The translations under genes were made by a program, and so were the position numbers. A stretch of DNA of 64,000 nucleotides from Setoptus koraiensis (lineage: Eukaryota > Animalia > Arthropoda): contig CM106585.1 in NCBI GenBank assembly GCA_048013815.1, forward strand, positions 11,966,001 through 12,030,000, in the 5' to 3' direction. Position 1 is the stretch's first letter, and each line of letters starts with the position of its first letter. The notes below the pieces were generated by a model. That model was not told the DNA's origin. It searched no databases and saw nothing but the letters and a program-made list of their open reading frames with translations. Of this stretch, positions 1-12,000 are shown in pieces.

Positions 1-904
1 ACCCGAGGTGCGCCACACACTGGCGCTCACTGGCGCTCAACGGCGGCCACAAGCTCTCAATGCCAACGATCTCTGGTGCGCCACTTGTCCACTGGCGGCC
101 AGGTGCGCAACTAGACGCTGGCCGGCTGAACAATAACGACGCGTGCCTCCGTATCCAAGGCGACCGCAACTTGCGCAAGTGACACTTTCGGGTGTGTATG
201 TGCCGGCACAATTTCATCGCCGCGACATCGGCGGGCCGTTTATTTCGCCGTTGAAATAAAACGGAATATTCCCCATTATTTATTTATAATTTTTTCAAGC
301 GGAATAAACGGCCCGATGTCGCGGCAATGAAATTGGCCCGCTGCTGGGCGAGCACGATGCCCAACGCACCCAACGGAGCGTGATCGAGCGGCACGGAACT
401 AGGCGAACTCGGCAAGTCGCTGTTGCAGAGATAAGCGGCATAAACGCCGAGATAATTAGTTGTCGAGCGCAATAATCGTATCGTGGCTGGCAACGTTTGA
501 AGGTGTGCGATGGCAAGTGTTTTTTGTTTTTTGCTCGAGCTTTGCCAGTGTTTGTGTATGTGTGCGATATGTGTTGTTAGATTGCGTGTTAGATTGCGTG
601 TTAGATAGCCTTCGAGACACGATGAGGCATCGGCCGAGATCAGATATCGTCGTTGTTTGCCGAGACAAGTCTCTCCACGCAAAGCCAGTGCCGAGTGTCG
701 ATTGAAGCGACATCATTAACTGATAGGCGACGACGACAACAACAACAACAACAATAGATGCCGAGCCGAAAACTCAAGCAATTGTCAAGGCCGACAGTAT
801 CACATATCTTGCATATCTGGTTGTGGCGTCAGGCCTTTTACGGCGCACATTCGTAACTGTGATTCGCCAATGTTGTTCTCCCTGTGTAAATATCAGTTTT
901 GTTG

Positions 905-1010
905 CCGAATTTGTGCCGAAATTGTCCCGAAATCGCCCCGAAATCTCCCGAAATCGTGCCGAAATCGCCGGAAATCGTCCCGAAATCGCCCTGAAATCGT
1001 CCCGAAATTG
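905..1010. repeat. Minisatellite, about 10 imperfect copies of a 10-11 bp unit (CCGAAATCGTC-like)
   Basis: CCGAAA/variant cores recur at 905, 916, 927, 938, 948, 959, 969, 980, 991 and 1002, just upstream of the membrane-protein ORF. Confidence 0.9.
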
Positions 1011-1084
1011 TGTCTAGCGAGTGTGTGAGGTCCGAGAATAAGAACATCAAGAATCCAGTCAGAGGAGCAACCAATACGACCACA

Positions 1085-2251
1085 ATGGTGCAATACATGT
1101 TACGAAGAAACTCTGCTGAACATAAAGCCAATTATTCACGTGCGAAATCTTCGTTGGAGCTAGCGGTTGTTGTGCTGTGTTTGGCAACAACAACCACGCG
1201 ATTTTTATTGCAGTGCAGTGTTTCGGGACTAGAATTGGAGATCGCGCTGCTGCGCCACGACACATCGGCAAACGGCTCACAAGTGGCGGAAATGGACGAC
1301 AGGGCCAAAACGATCTATTCCGATCTGTACAGACAGGCGGTCGGGGGCCAAGTTAAATTTTTCGACCCGATTATCCAGCAAAACAATGCCAGCGAACAGA
1401 CAACATGGACACAACAAGCCGGCAGCCAGTACCTGATGAAACTGAGCATTGATCTCGGGGCCAACCGCACAACGTCGCTGAAATTGTTTGATTTCTTGGT
1501 CGACTGCGAACTCAGACTGGACGCTCGCCCGCTGCTGAACCGTTATCACCGGCCCGGCGGCGGCTTGGCGAGTCTGTTTTGGCGCAGTTACGTCAGTTAT
1601 GTCAGAATAACCAATGCGAGCAGCGAGGAATCGGCCATGATCGCGCCCAACGATGGCGCCCCCATGGCGTGTCAGTACGGGCATCGGGGGCACGACAGCA
1701 ACAACAGCAACAAGATCACTCTGACGGTCAACATAAACAACGCGGCCAGCAAGAGCGGCCCCGCGGACAGTCCGTTGTTTTTGTTGAAGCTTCAGAAAAT
1801 TTTATCCTCGCTCATGGATTTGGAGACGCTGATGCTGATAATTCTGGCCGTTTGGCTGCTCGTTTGTCTGGTGATCGCCATCATGATAAAGCGACGCGAC
1901 AAGCGACGAATGCGCCTGTTCCTGGCGCACGCCCGAGAGGACAACATCAACAGCGACAACGACCAACAATACGACGATTGTCGCCGGCGCCGCTGGTCCA
2001 AATTGCCGCCCGTCGTAGTGAAGCAAATGAGCATAGAGCTGCCAGTCATATCCAGCCAGGCGTCGTCGCCGACCGGGCCCCAATTCGCCGACGACAAGCC
2101 GGCCGACGCCGAGCGCCAACAGCTGATGGCCAGCGGCGACCAGCCCAGCAGGCCGTCGGCGAACGCGCCCATGGCCGATTGGGGCCCGATAGTGTTCATA
2201 AAAAAGTATCGCGACACGTACGACGACGACCGCAGCAAGTTGTTCATTTGA
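1085..2251 (+). CDS. Uncharacterised single-pass (type I-like) membrane glycoprotein
   Basis: Long GC-rich intronless ORF, first in-frame ATG at 1085. It has an N-terminal hydrophobic stretch (LELAVVVLCLA), four N-x-S/T sequons, one strong TM helix (LMLIILAVWLLVCLVIAIMI) followed by KRRDKRR, and a cytoplasmic tail. No family recognised. Confidence 0.65.
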   Translation: MVQYMLRRNSAEHKANYSRAKSSLELAVVVLCLATTTTRFLLQCSVSGLELEIALLRHDTSANGSQVAEMDDRAKTIYSDLYRQAVGGQVKFFDPIIQQNNASEQTTWTQQAGSQYLMKLSIDLGANRTTSLKLFDFLVDCELRLDARPLLNRYHRPGGGLASLFWRSYVSYVRITNASSEESAMIAPNDGAPMACQYGHRGHDSNNSNKITLTVNINNAASKSGPADSPLFLLKLQKILSSLMDLETLMLIILAVWLLVCLVIAIMIKRRDKRRMRLFLAHAREDNINSDNDQQYDDCRRRRWSKLPPVVVKQMSIELPVISSQASSPTGPQFADDKPADAERQQLMASGDQPSRPSANAPMADWGPIVFIKKYRDTYDDDRSKLFI

Positions 2252-3466
2252 CACACCGAAATTGACAACAACAATTCATTAGTCTAGTTGATAACAGACA
2301 AATGGACGTCCCGTTCTGTCGCAAACAACATTGTAACATGTACAGATGATACACCGAAATTGATTTGTTTTGTGTCCGCCACTTTAATTGGCGTGTTGGC
2401 CTCTATAAGCGTGACACCATTGAACCGGATTGACCCCGGCCAACGCTAATTAGTATCATGCTACCGCCGCTACCGAATGTTGCCACCGCCATGTCTCGTG
2501 TTCTCGGTTCACCGGCAATGCCCTCTGGCGTGCAGTTTGGTTAGATTTTTACATGTGTTACAAATTTAATAATAATCTATCAATAAATGCGAGGGCCAAA
2601 AATTGACAATCGCCCCTAATGAAGATACGACAACAGCGAGCAAACAAGACGGTGCAGCGCCTTCTCTGATTGCCGTGACCCCGTTACCGTTGGCTGCCCG
2701 GCTCGACCTTGCTGCCGTTTTTGCCACTGTATCGCCACTCACTGATATTTATATTTACATTAAAATTTACATTTGCATTTACATGCAGTTGACTCGCTCG
2801 ACCGTTGTCGCCAACGAAAACTTATGATGGACACACTCGAATTTCGGAACGAAACGAAACGAAATGAAATCTCAAATCTTGCACTAATCCGGCAGTTTCA
2901 TTACACACGCGTTAGGGGCCGTAACACGTACGGCCATGCCTATCTAATCAGTTACGGATATCAGTCAGTAGCCGTATGAGAGACTGGCCCTAACACCCAT
3001 GACTATACGTGTGCTATATGCGTCGCCAGTCTCGCTTCTTTCTTTCGCCCCGTGCACGGTAGCATTTCGGTTAAGATCATTATTGTTATTGTTGCCGCTA
3101 AATATAGTTAATGTATTAACTGACTCCAGACACCAGACTCTCCTGTTACGCCAATATTTGCCCATGGAAATCGGTTTAAATTGATTCAAATCTGATACAC
3201 ATTACAAGATTGTTGGTGTCGCCCCCGTCCAGTCTGCCTGTCTCAATATGTTTCACGGACACCAAAATGGTGGCGTGCCGTCTTGGACACACCGAGTTAA
3301 AGAATCATAAAGATCATCATAAAGAATCAATGACAAAAATAACAGACGCCAGCTACGATGCAAATTTTCAATTTATTTACTCGTCTACAGCGATGTCTTT
3401 ATTTCTTAAATTAACAATTGTTTCTAGTTAGACAAAATCATCTCGTCACGTTGACATTGTTGCTAA

Positions 3467-6250
3467 CTAGATGACTTTATATCGGCCACCGCGACTCACA
3501 GCTGGCGCGTTGTTGATCTTGTTTATCTCTTCTTTTATCAAACGAACCACCTCACAACGGGCCTTGTCAACTACCAACTCCGAAGTGCCCTCAATAGCCA
3601 GATACAATTTTTTGTCTGTGGGCTCCTCGCCGGGCGGACAATATTTGCCACGAACCGTTATGCCGGCCTCGCTATATTCGCTGATTCGGGCCAGAGCGTC
3701 CTTAGATGTAACTCGCCAGCGAGCCTGTTGTGGGAAATCATTAATCTCCATCTCAATCTCGTGACGTTCGCTCAGCAACGAGGCAGCCGAACTGGATGCG
3801 CCCTCGTCCGCGTCGCCTGCTCCCTCAACGCCTGATGTGTCCTCCTGGTAATGAGGTCCAACTTGCGTGGCAAGCTGACCGACATTTGTTTGAGGGTTGT
3901 AGTTGAGTTTCAGGTGTAATTGATCCGCGATCATCTTGGCGTTCAGTACGGCGTTTGGCGCAGATGATACCGATGCATGTAGCGGCTGCTGATGACTAGA
4001 CGCACCACCTTGGATGGAGTCCATTTGAGCGATCTGATGCGATCCGGTCTTAGCGACGCCCTTATTAGACGCAATCAACTTACTAGCTAACATCTTGGCC
4101 AGCTCCAATTTTGGATTGTTGATAGCGGGCGTCTTTTCGCTCGTTTGTTGTTGATTGTTAACAGAGGTCTTGCCCTGTGCTCCGTCCAATTCGGAAATAT
4201 TATTCTTAGTATTTTTCATCTGACCACCGCTTGTTCCAGACTCTTTATTGTTACTTATAACAGTTCGTTTGGTAACATTATTGATTAGGCCCTCCAGAGC
4301 ATCGTCTGCTGCACCATCATTGTTAGCTCCGTCGTTACCTTCCTCTTCATCATCGGAATCTTGCAAGCCCAGAGATTTCTTTTGGTATTTTTTCTTTTCA
4401 TTAACTAATTGTGCCTCGGCTTCGTCAAATTTGAACCCTCTGCCGGAGAAACCCGAAGACGACTTCACCTTGTGACCCAAAGCTTCTTGTTCGGTCTTGA
4501 AATCGTTCCACAGTTTTCGCACATCTTCTGCCACTGGATTACCTGTCAATTCGAGTGCTTTAATTATGTCGCAAGCATATTGACCCTGGTCGGGTGTAAT
4601 GAATGTATAGGCGAAACCCTTCTTTCCGGCTCTACCAGTTCGACCGCATCTATGAACATAGTCCTCATAATGATTGGGACAATCATAATTTACAACACAG
4701 ATGCAATCTTCCACGTGCAAGCCACGAGCGGCCAATGATGTGGCCACCAAAACTTTCACTTCACCATTAGCCTTCTTGAAGCTAGAAATTGTGGATGACC
4801 TGTCGTCCTCATCTATGCCTCCATGTAAAACAAGACAAGGATATGACGCTTGCATGAGATCGCCTAGCAAAGAATCAGCTTTTTCTCTTTTGTCAACAAA
4901 TATAATGGCCCTACTTACAGCATCGACATGACGTCCTAGAATTTCCAATAGTTTGAGGAATTTATCCTCGTTCTTGACGATGTCCACAACTTGAGTGACA
5001 TCTCTACAAACAACTGATCGGCCTCCAACTTGTATCTCTATTGGTTTGGTCAGTATACGGCGTGCGTGCGCTTCCACTAATTTCGGAAATGTAGCTGAAA
5101 ACATTACTGTTTGTCTGTCTGATCTGATTAGGCCCGATGGTCCAATAATACGCTCTATCTGTTTTTCGAAACCCATATCGAACAGCCTATCGGCCTCGTC
5201 TAGCACAACAAAGGTACATCTCCTAAGATTGGTGACTCGCCCGCCGTTGACAGTGAGCATCTCTATCATTCTACCTGGAGTACATACAACCACCTCGGCA
5301 CCCAACTTCATTAAAGCAATTTGTTCGCTAATATTTGGTCCACCATAAATAGCGACAACCCTCAGTTTGGTGGCCTTTTTAAATTTGTTTGCGTCAACGC
5401 AAATCTGGGTAGCTAGTTCACGAGTGGGAGTTATAATGATACCAATAGGACCATCACCGGGCTCTAGTGGTGGCTGATTAAGAATGTGTCTAAACATTGG
5501 CAAGAGAAAAGACAACGTCTTGCCGCAACCTGTTTTTGCGATACCTATCACATCTTTGCCAGACATAATTGCGGGAATAGCCTGAGCTTGGATTGGCGTT
5601 GGCGTTGCAAATTGTAACTTGTCCGTGAGAACTCTCATTAGTTGTGAATTCAAACCGCAATGAGCCCATTTTTTGATTGGCTTTGGACATCCTTTGGACG
5701 GCATGACTTTTAATTCTAATTGATTTCTATAGTCTCTCACTTCTTGTTCAGTCATATCTGCTAATTCCTTCGCCTCGAGATAGAAATTTTTCTCAAATGG
5801 TTGAAAGGTGATGTCCTTTAGACTGATGCTCGTCAGTCTTTTTGCTGTTTTGTGCGAGGCAGAATTAATTGTTTCCATTGAGCTGGCCAGATCATCGGCT
5901 GCCGACAGGGCCTCTCTATCGTTGAGATCATCATCATCGTCATCCATAAGCTCGCCGCGTTTTCTTTTGATAGAATTCCATCCTTTCTTGTTCAGTCCAC
6001 TGGAGGATGGATTGGATTGTTGTTGATCCAAGGCAAGCTTGTCGCGGGCATTAGTTTCCTTAAGCTCCTCATTGATAGTTTTCATATACGCATCGAGAGG
6101 ATCCTCTTCTAAGTTGGTTATGGTGAGGGTAGTTTTTTTCGTTTCCCTTGCTTTTGTTGCCGCATTTTCGTCCTCGTCTAGACGACGTTTTGTAAGTTTC
6201 AAATTGGCGGTGGGGTCAGTTAAAAATAGCCTCTTCTTGTCGCTGAACAT
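3467..6250 (-). CDS. DDX46: DEAD-box RNA helicase DDX46/Prp5 (U2 snRNP, branch-site proofreading)
   Basis: 927 aa intronless ORF with the DPLDAYM motif, Q motif TPTPIQ, AKTGCGKT, PTRELA, DEAD, SAT, HRCGRTGRAG and the C-terminal KH-like EINDFPQQARWRVTSK segment typical of DDX46. Confidence 0.95.
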   Translation of the reverse strand: MFSDKKRLFLTDPTANLKLTKRRLDEDENAATKARETKKTTLTITNLEEDPLDAYMKTINEELKETNARDKLALDQQQSNPSSSGLNKKGWNSIKRKRGELMDDDDDDLNDREALSAADDLASSMETINSASHKTAKRLTSISLKDITFQPFEKNFYLEAKELADMTEQEVRDYRNQLELKVMPSKGCPKPIKKWAHCGLNSQLMRVLTDKLQFATPTPIQAQAIPAIMSGKDVIGIAKTGCGKTLSFLLPMFRHILNQPPLEPGDGPIGIIITPTRELATQICVDANKFKKATKLRVVAIYGGPNISEQIALMKLGAEVVVCTPGRMIEMLTVNGGRVTNLRRCTFVVLDEADRLFDMGFEKQIERIIGPSGLIRSDRQTVMFSATFPKLVEAHARRILTKPIEIQVGGRSVVCRDVTQVVDIVKNEDKFLKLLEILGRHVDAVSRAIIFVDKREKADSLLGDLMQASYPCLVLHGGIDEDDRSSTISSFKKANGEVKVLVATSLAARGLHVEDCICVVNYDCPNHYEDYVHRCGRTGRAGKKGFAYTFITPDQGQYACDIIKALELTGNPVAEDVRKLWNDFKTEQEALGHKVKSSSGFSGRGFKFDEAEAQLVNEKKKYQKKSLGLQDSDDEEEGNDGANNDGAADDALEGLINNVTKRTVISNNKESGTSGGQMKNTKNNISELDGAQGKTSVNNQQQTSEKTPAINNPKLELAKMLASKLIASNKGVAKTGSHQIAQMDSIQGGASSHQQPLHASVSSAPNAVLNAKMIADQLHLKLNYNPQTNVGQLATQVGPHYQEDTSGVEGAGDADEGASSSAASLLSERHEIEMEINDFPQQARWRVTSKDALARISEYSEAGITVRGKYCPPGEEPTDKKLYLAIEGTSELVVDKARCEVVRLIKEEINKINNAPAVSRGGRYKVI

Positions 6251-6918
6251 GTTAGTCTGTGACGCCTCTATTAGCGCTTTGACCTGTGTGTGAGGCAGTA
6301 GTTGTATTGATGATAATAAATAATTTATCCAACAATATCGAGGATATAATCAAGACAAATGATAGGTCTATAGCATCTTTTATTGGAGCGACTACGTCGG
6401 ATGAGGCAAGTTATTACTCTAAATAAACTAATATGATGCGCTTTGCGCAGCTGTGAACCACGATAAAATGTGCAGTAATATTGAAAAGTCGCTCTCTGAT
6501 CATGTGAGTATTTTCGCAGTTTGTGCGCAGATATACAACTCTGAAAACATAAACATCTGATAGTGCAGAAATAACGTTGCTGCTTGTGCGTTCAAAATCT
6601 TGTGAAACATCACAGTCAGCAGCAACATTAACAACAACAACAACAACAACGTTCTTCAGCAGCCTTCGACTGTAAATTGTCGATATTATTTATCGACAGC
6701 TTACGCATATCCTCTAGTTTACATATATATATATATATATACATTATTAATATTTAAAGGGGATCCTTTCTCTTTATTATGCGAACCACTCATGTTTCCC
6801 ATCGAGGAACCGATCAAGAGCCCCTTTCAATGATGACCCTTTGACACGTTTATTCAATAAATCATAGACACACTCACATCTGACATACAACTGAACGCAT
6901 TATTGGCGAGACACAACG

Positions 6919-8460
6919 ATGATGCAAAAAGAAACAGATCAAGACGATGTATCATCTTCGACCACCAGCATATTCTGTAAGCAACCGGAAATTATTATGA
7001 CGGAGTCCATCGACGACGACATCGCTTTGTCGTCGTCGCTGGGCTCATCGCCGCCAGGAGATTTTGAAGTCAATATCATATCGCCCCTGCCATCGCTAAT
7101 TGGTGGATCGCCAGTCTCATCTATATCCATCGATAGTAATCAAGAATTTATACCATCGCCTGTTCTACTAACGGATCAAATGTCGGCCATAAAATGTCCA
7201 GTTTGCGATAGATTTCGTAGCACATTCTATTGTTCACAGTGTATACATGACGGAAATTTTGTTCAATCTGATTGCAATCTACCAGAGAGATTTGCCGAAA
7301 AGAAACTCAAATTACTCAAGTGCCAACAAGAAAATGAACACTTAGATAAATCATTCATAGACATGAATAAGGACTCTAGCCAACGAGAAATGTTACAACT
7401 TAAAATGAGAAACCTAAGTGCAAGCATAAACCTACTGGGTAATCTATATGATGAACAAAAAAAGAAGCTTCATGAGACTAAACTAAAATACGAATATAAC
7501 AAGACCCTCTTAGACGTCGATAGGATAAACAAATCTAGAGATAACAAGCTCTTGTTGATTAGGCGCTATATCTCGGACAGAAATAGATCTATTGAGAAGA
7601 GAGAGTCCATCAAGAAAGCAACTCAAGAAGAGTTGAAAAATGTTCTGCAAGAGAGGGTATACCAATTGACCGCGGATATATTTCCAATTGACGAAATTGA
7701 GCTCAACGAACACAATGGTTTGGGTCCGTTAAATATGGAAACATCGCCACTATTGACCTTCTCTAATAGTTCTCAACACCAGATGACTAATCAAACTGCT
7801 TATACAATTGTTGAACCTTGGCTACCAAGTAGCGGAGACTACAATGCCTACAGTTTGTGGATTAACGATCACAAGGACATGATGCCGGCCTCATTGGTTC
7901 AATTAGGCGAAAGAAATGCTGCTTTTCGCATTAGTGCTGGCCTCGCTTACGTAACACAATTAGTAAATAATTTAGCCTATCAGCTAGATATTATATTGCC
8001 AGCTAAATTGACATTCGATACTTTTAATAGTGACCTATTAACTGATTGCCAATTCACATACAATGTGGCCAAATTGAACATCAATATTATACATTTATGT
8101 CTGTCTCAAGGTATAGATATTTCATTACTGAACCCACGCAAGACAACTAAAAATCTACTACTGTTATTTGATCCGAATATTTGTGCACTAGGTCGCCATG
8201 TCACATTTGAATTCGACGACGAGGATCTATGCAAAAAGATTGATGATTGCTTCAGCTCGGACATCACTTTAATCACTGAGGATCTCTATGATCCAAGTAA
8301 GCAAGGTCAGAGTGATGACCTATCCGACTCAGAATGGGAATTATCAGACAATGTTACCGCAATGGATATGCAATCGATTATCGAACAGTCAGCTCAGCAA
8401 AACGCTAGCTTTATACAGAGACCACTCAGATTCTTGTCATCGTTTTGGACGACTAATTAG
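6919..8460 (+). CDS. ATG14: Beclin 1-associated autophagy regulator ATG14/Barkor
   Basis: CPVC...YCSQCIHDGNF cysteine repeats followed by ERFAEKK and a coiled coil, RISAGLAYVTQLV core, acidic C-terminal SEWEL motif. Intronless and head-to-head with DDX46. Confidence 0.9.
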   Translation: MMQKETDQDDVSSSTTSIFCKQPEIIMTESIDDDIALSSSLGSSPPGDFEVNIISPLPSLIGGSPVSSISIDSNQEFIPSPVLLTDQMSAIKCPVCDRFRSTFYCSQCIHDGNFVQSDCNLPERFAEKKLKLLKCQQENEHLDKSFIDMNKDSSQREMLQLKMRNLSASINLLGNLYDEQKKKLHETKLKYEYNKTLLDVDRINKSRDNKLLLIRRYISDRNRSIEKRESIKKATQEELKNVLQERVYQLTADIFPIDEIELNEHNGLGPLNMETSPLLTFSNSSQHQMTNQTAYTIVEPWLPSSGDYNAYSLWINDHKDMMPASLVQLGERNAAFRISAGLAYVTQLVNNLAYQLDIILPAKLTFDTFNSDLLTDCQFTYNVAKLNINIIHLCLSQGIDISLLNPRKTTKNLLLLFDPNICALGRHVTFEFDDEDLCKKIDDCFSSDITLITEDLYDPSKQGQSDDLSDSEWELSDNVTAMDMQSIIEQSAQQNASFIQRPLRFLSSFWTTN

Positions 8461-8682
8461 ATAGAAGACTATTGATTGAATAAATATGTAGCCTATGTAA
8501 CAATAAGGTTGCATTAAATGTCTCAAGTTGTCTCTTCTCTTGCCAATGTCGATCACGGGGAGCGTGTTGTTATTACATCGCATAGGGTCCTACCATGAGA
8601 TATGCGGTAAATGAAAAAAAGTGGATTACGGACCCAGCAGTAAACAGCGAAAGCTTTGCAGGTGGATACCATGTGAGTCAAA

Positions 8683-8895
8683 GATCTCTGTGATCTGGGT
8701 AAGCATGGTCAGAGTGACGACTTATCTGACTCAGACTGAGAATTATCAGACAATGTTACCGCAATCGATATGCAATCGATTATCGAATCAGTCAGCTCAG
8801 CAAAACGCTAGCTTTATACAGAGGCCAGTCAGTTTCTTGTCATCGACGATTAATCAGATAGAAGGCGATTGATTGAATAAATATGAAGGCTATAT
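8683..8895 (+). pseudogene. Decayed tandem duplicate of the ATG14 3' end (copy of about 8281-8500)
   Basis: Aligns with the last ~60 ATG14 codons, the stop region and AATAAA. It has TGG>TGA (gactgag vs gaatggg), a 1-nt insertion (gaatcagtc vs gaacagtc) and a small deletion near the stop. Confidence 0.9.
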
Positions 8896-9082
8896 AAAAA
8901 AATCGGCGTTAGCTGTAGCGTTTTATTGCCTTTTAGTTGTCAATCTCATACGAATCAAAGCTTGATAAGGTGATGTGTATTCTGGGATGCGACACTCACA
9001 TCATAAACGACAAGACATTCTTTGTCAGCGCTGCTATATTACGATAAAAAGGTGCATGCATCAGTTCGGAAAGATGAGACCT

Positions 9083-12000
9083 TCAGACGATTTGAAGATG
9101 TATGCCGGAACGGTTAAGATAATCTCTAAGTCGTTCGATAGGATCTTTATGCTCTCTTGTGATCGCCACAACAATATCCTGCAAGGTCGTATCTCCCACC
9201 TGATAGCTTATATTTGAGTGAGTGCTTTTGAGGGCTTTCAGCGACTTGAATATCAGTGATCGGGCGATTTTCGCGTCTGCAACTTTGAATACAACTGAAC
9301 TCGTGCCAATATCGTCCGTCGACACAGAGGTCTGCAAACTGTGGGCCAGAGAGCCGCGGATAGTTTCAATTTGGTCCCTGTGATTGGGAGTGATTGTGGA
9401 GTCAAACTGGATTCTAACAATGTAGCCCTGTCCAAATTTCGATCGCAAACTCTGCAGCGAGCCCACACATCGCATTCTCCCTTCAATGATTATAGTCAAT
9501 CTGTCACAAATAGACTCACATTCCTCCATTGTATGTGATGATATAATTACAGAGGAACCATTTTTACTTTTGAGCATGTCCAATAATTGCCATATGTTAC
9601 GCCTGACCACGGGGTCGATTCCGGCGGTTGGTTCGTCCAACATGAGAACGGCAGGATTGCCTATGACAGCCATGGCAAAGAATAATTTGCGCTTGGTGCC
9701 ACCGGACAGGTTCGCTACGGACTTGTCGCGATCTTTTTGAATGTCCAACAAAACCAAGAATGCCTCCACGGTCGGTTCAATGGCCAACTCGTCTATGCCG
9801 CGCAATCTGGCCATGAACTGAAGCGCCTGAAAAGGCGACAGGCCCAACGAAGGATTGGATTGCGGATCAAATCCAAGACTTTCGCAATAGGCCTCAATAC
9901 CGTTTTCGGGGCTCAAATTATTGCACGAAATGCGACCGTAATCGGCGCGGATATCGCCTGTCAACATTGACAGCAGCGTTGATTTTCCAGCACCGTTTGG
10001 ACCCAATAATCCGAAACACTCTGACTTGCCAACCGCGAATGTTACACCATCGACGGCTCTTCCCTTGCTTGTGTATGATTTTGTTAGTCCTTGTGCGACC
10101 AGAGCATTGTTGGCTCGCTCTGAATTGTTGTCCATAATGTTGTTTACTCTCAATGTCTCTTTATCCACTTCTCCGTCACGATTCCTCAAACCACTGGGTC
10201 CTTTCCTCGTGGAACGTGAGCAGGGCGAGAGAAAACTGAGAACGTTGACACGTTTCTTTTCTACTGTAACCAGGATCATGGTGAACGCTAACGATTGCAA
10301 TAATATCACAATCAGACCCAACCAAACAGAGGGATCCAAGTCATATAACTGACTAACATTTTTCTCTGAACTGTTTCTTGTGAAGCCATGCACCACTGTC
10401 CATTCTGCAGTCGCGGTCGGAATTATGTAATACAGGCCATACTGGTGATTGGAGCTGAAGGCGTGATCTTCTGCGCGAAAAAAAAACATCAGAATCATCA
10501 GCACTCTATGCAAATGCAACAGGAACACGTAGGCGAAAACTGTTTTGCCTATACCGGTGAAACAAGCTGACATTATGTAAGCCAACAAAAGTAGGGCGGC
10601 ACATACTACTATCATCAATAGGAACAGGAAACCGAAAAACTCGAATTGCCGGCCGAAACTATCCTCTGCTGTTACCTTGAATCCCAGCACGCAACAAAAA
10701 ACCACGATACAAGTGCATATCACGACACACTTGAGGTCCACGAATAATCTTGAGAGCCAATAGTGAAGGTAAGTTGCCTTGGAGCATAGTAGCATCGACT
10801 TGAATTTGCTTTTTCGATCGTACAATGGAAAACCGAAGAAACTGATCATCATCAATATAGTCACCAGTGAAAAGGTGAACCATCCAGGCGGGCTAGAATC
10901 ATTTTGGTTGGGCCGGATTTGGACAAATGTCCAGTGCATGGCAGCCACTGGCAGGACGAAACGAAGAAGCAGGGTTGTCTTAGGGTACGCGTACATCTTG
11001 ATCGAATGTCCGTTTGAAAGTGCCATTAGCATTCTAGTGAAAGTCGGTTTGTTGTTGTTCGTTTGTGTCAGGGTTTGCATCTCGGCAGCGATACTCTCAC
11101 TGGATCGGACAGAGCCGAATGTCTTGGCCGAGTTCAATAGAACGTCCTCGATTGTCGTGCACTCAAGACCGAATGACTCTACGCCCAAACTCGCATGATT
11201 TTGCTCCAAATCTTCTAACAATTGTATGAGTCTATCGTCGTAATTGTCATCGTCAGCTCTCAACTCGACGGAAGTGTGCCGGTGTTTAGAATCCTGGTTG
11301 CTGCCCCATTGAATGTTCGCATCTTCTATCCTGGCGTCAGGAAAGTGATTGTACACTTTCGACATTGCCAATTCGTGGCTGTCTCTCAGACATTCAATGC
11401 GGAGCCTATACGCAGATCCGAGCGACTTTTTCAAGAACGCAGGCGATCCGCAACACACCACTTTTCCCGAACTCACAATTGCTATTCTGTCGGCCAAATA
11501 GTCGGCCTCTTCCATGTGCTGTGTCGATAACAGAACTGTTCTGCTCGATCTACACGCTCTTATGCAGTCCCAAAGAGATTTTCTCGATTCGGGGTCCACT
11601 CCGGAACTTGGCTCGTCCAGAATGAGCACGTCACTGTCGCCCACGAGGGCCATGGCCAAACTAAGTTTACGTTTCAATCCGCCGGCGAGTGTTTTGCATC
11701 GCTTGTCTCGATCGTGTAGAAGTCCAACACTCCTGAGAACCAAATCAATATGTTTCTGTTTGTCTGGGCCCGAATAATTGCATTTGATGCTGGCAAACAA
11801 TTCCAAATGATCCTGCACGGTCAGACAATCCCACAATATGCTCTGTTGGGGACACCAGCCAACGCCAAGTCGCGCCTCTTCGGAACAAGTATCCATATCG
11901 TACCCATTTATGTAAATTTTTCCATAATTGGGTGCCAAATTACCGACGATCATGTTCATCAGGGTAGTTTTTCCGGTTCCGTTTTGCCCAAGAAGCAACG

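Noticed and set aside
905-1010. Regular repeats here and at 55566-55653 as CRISPR-like arrays
   Set aside because: Eukaryotic context, no unique spacers and no cas genes; these are simple tandem repeats.
6440-6450. GCTTTGCGCAG resembling the 5' end of U4 snRNA
   Set aside because: Similarity stops after 11 nt, with no following U4 motifs or Sm site.
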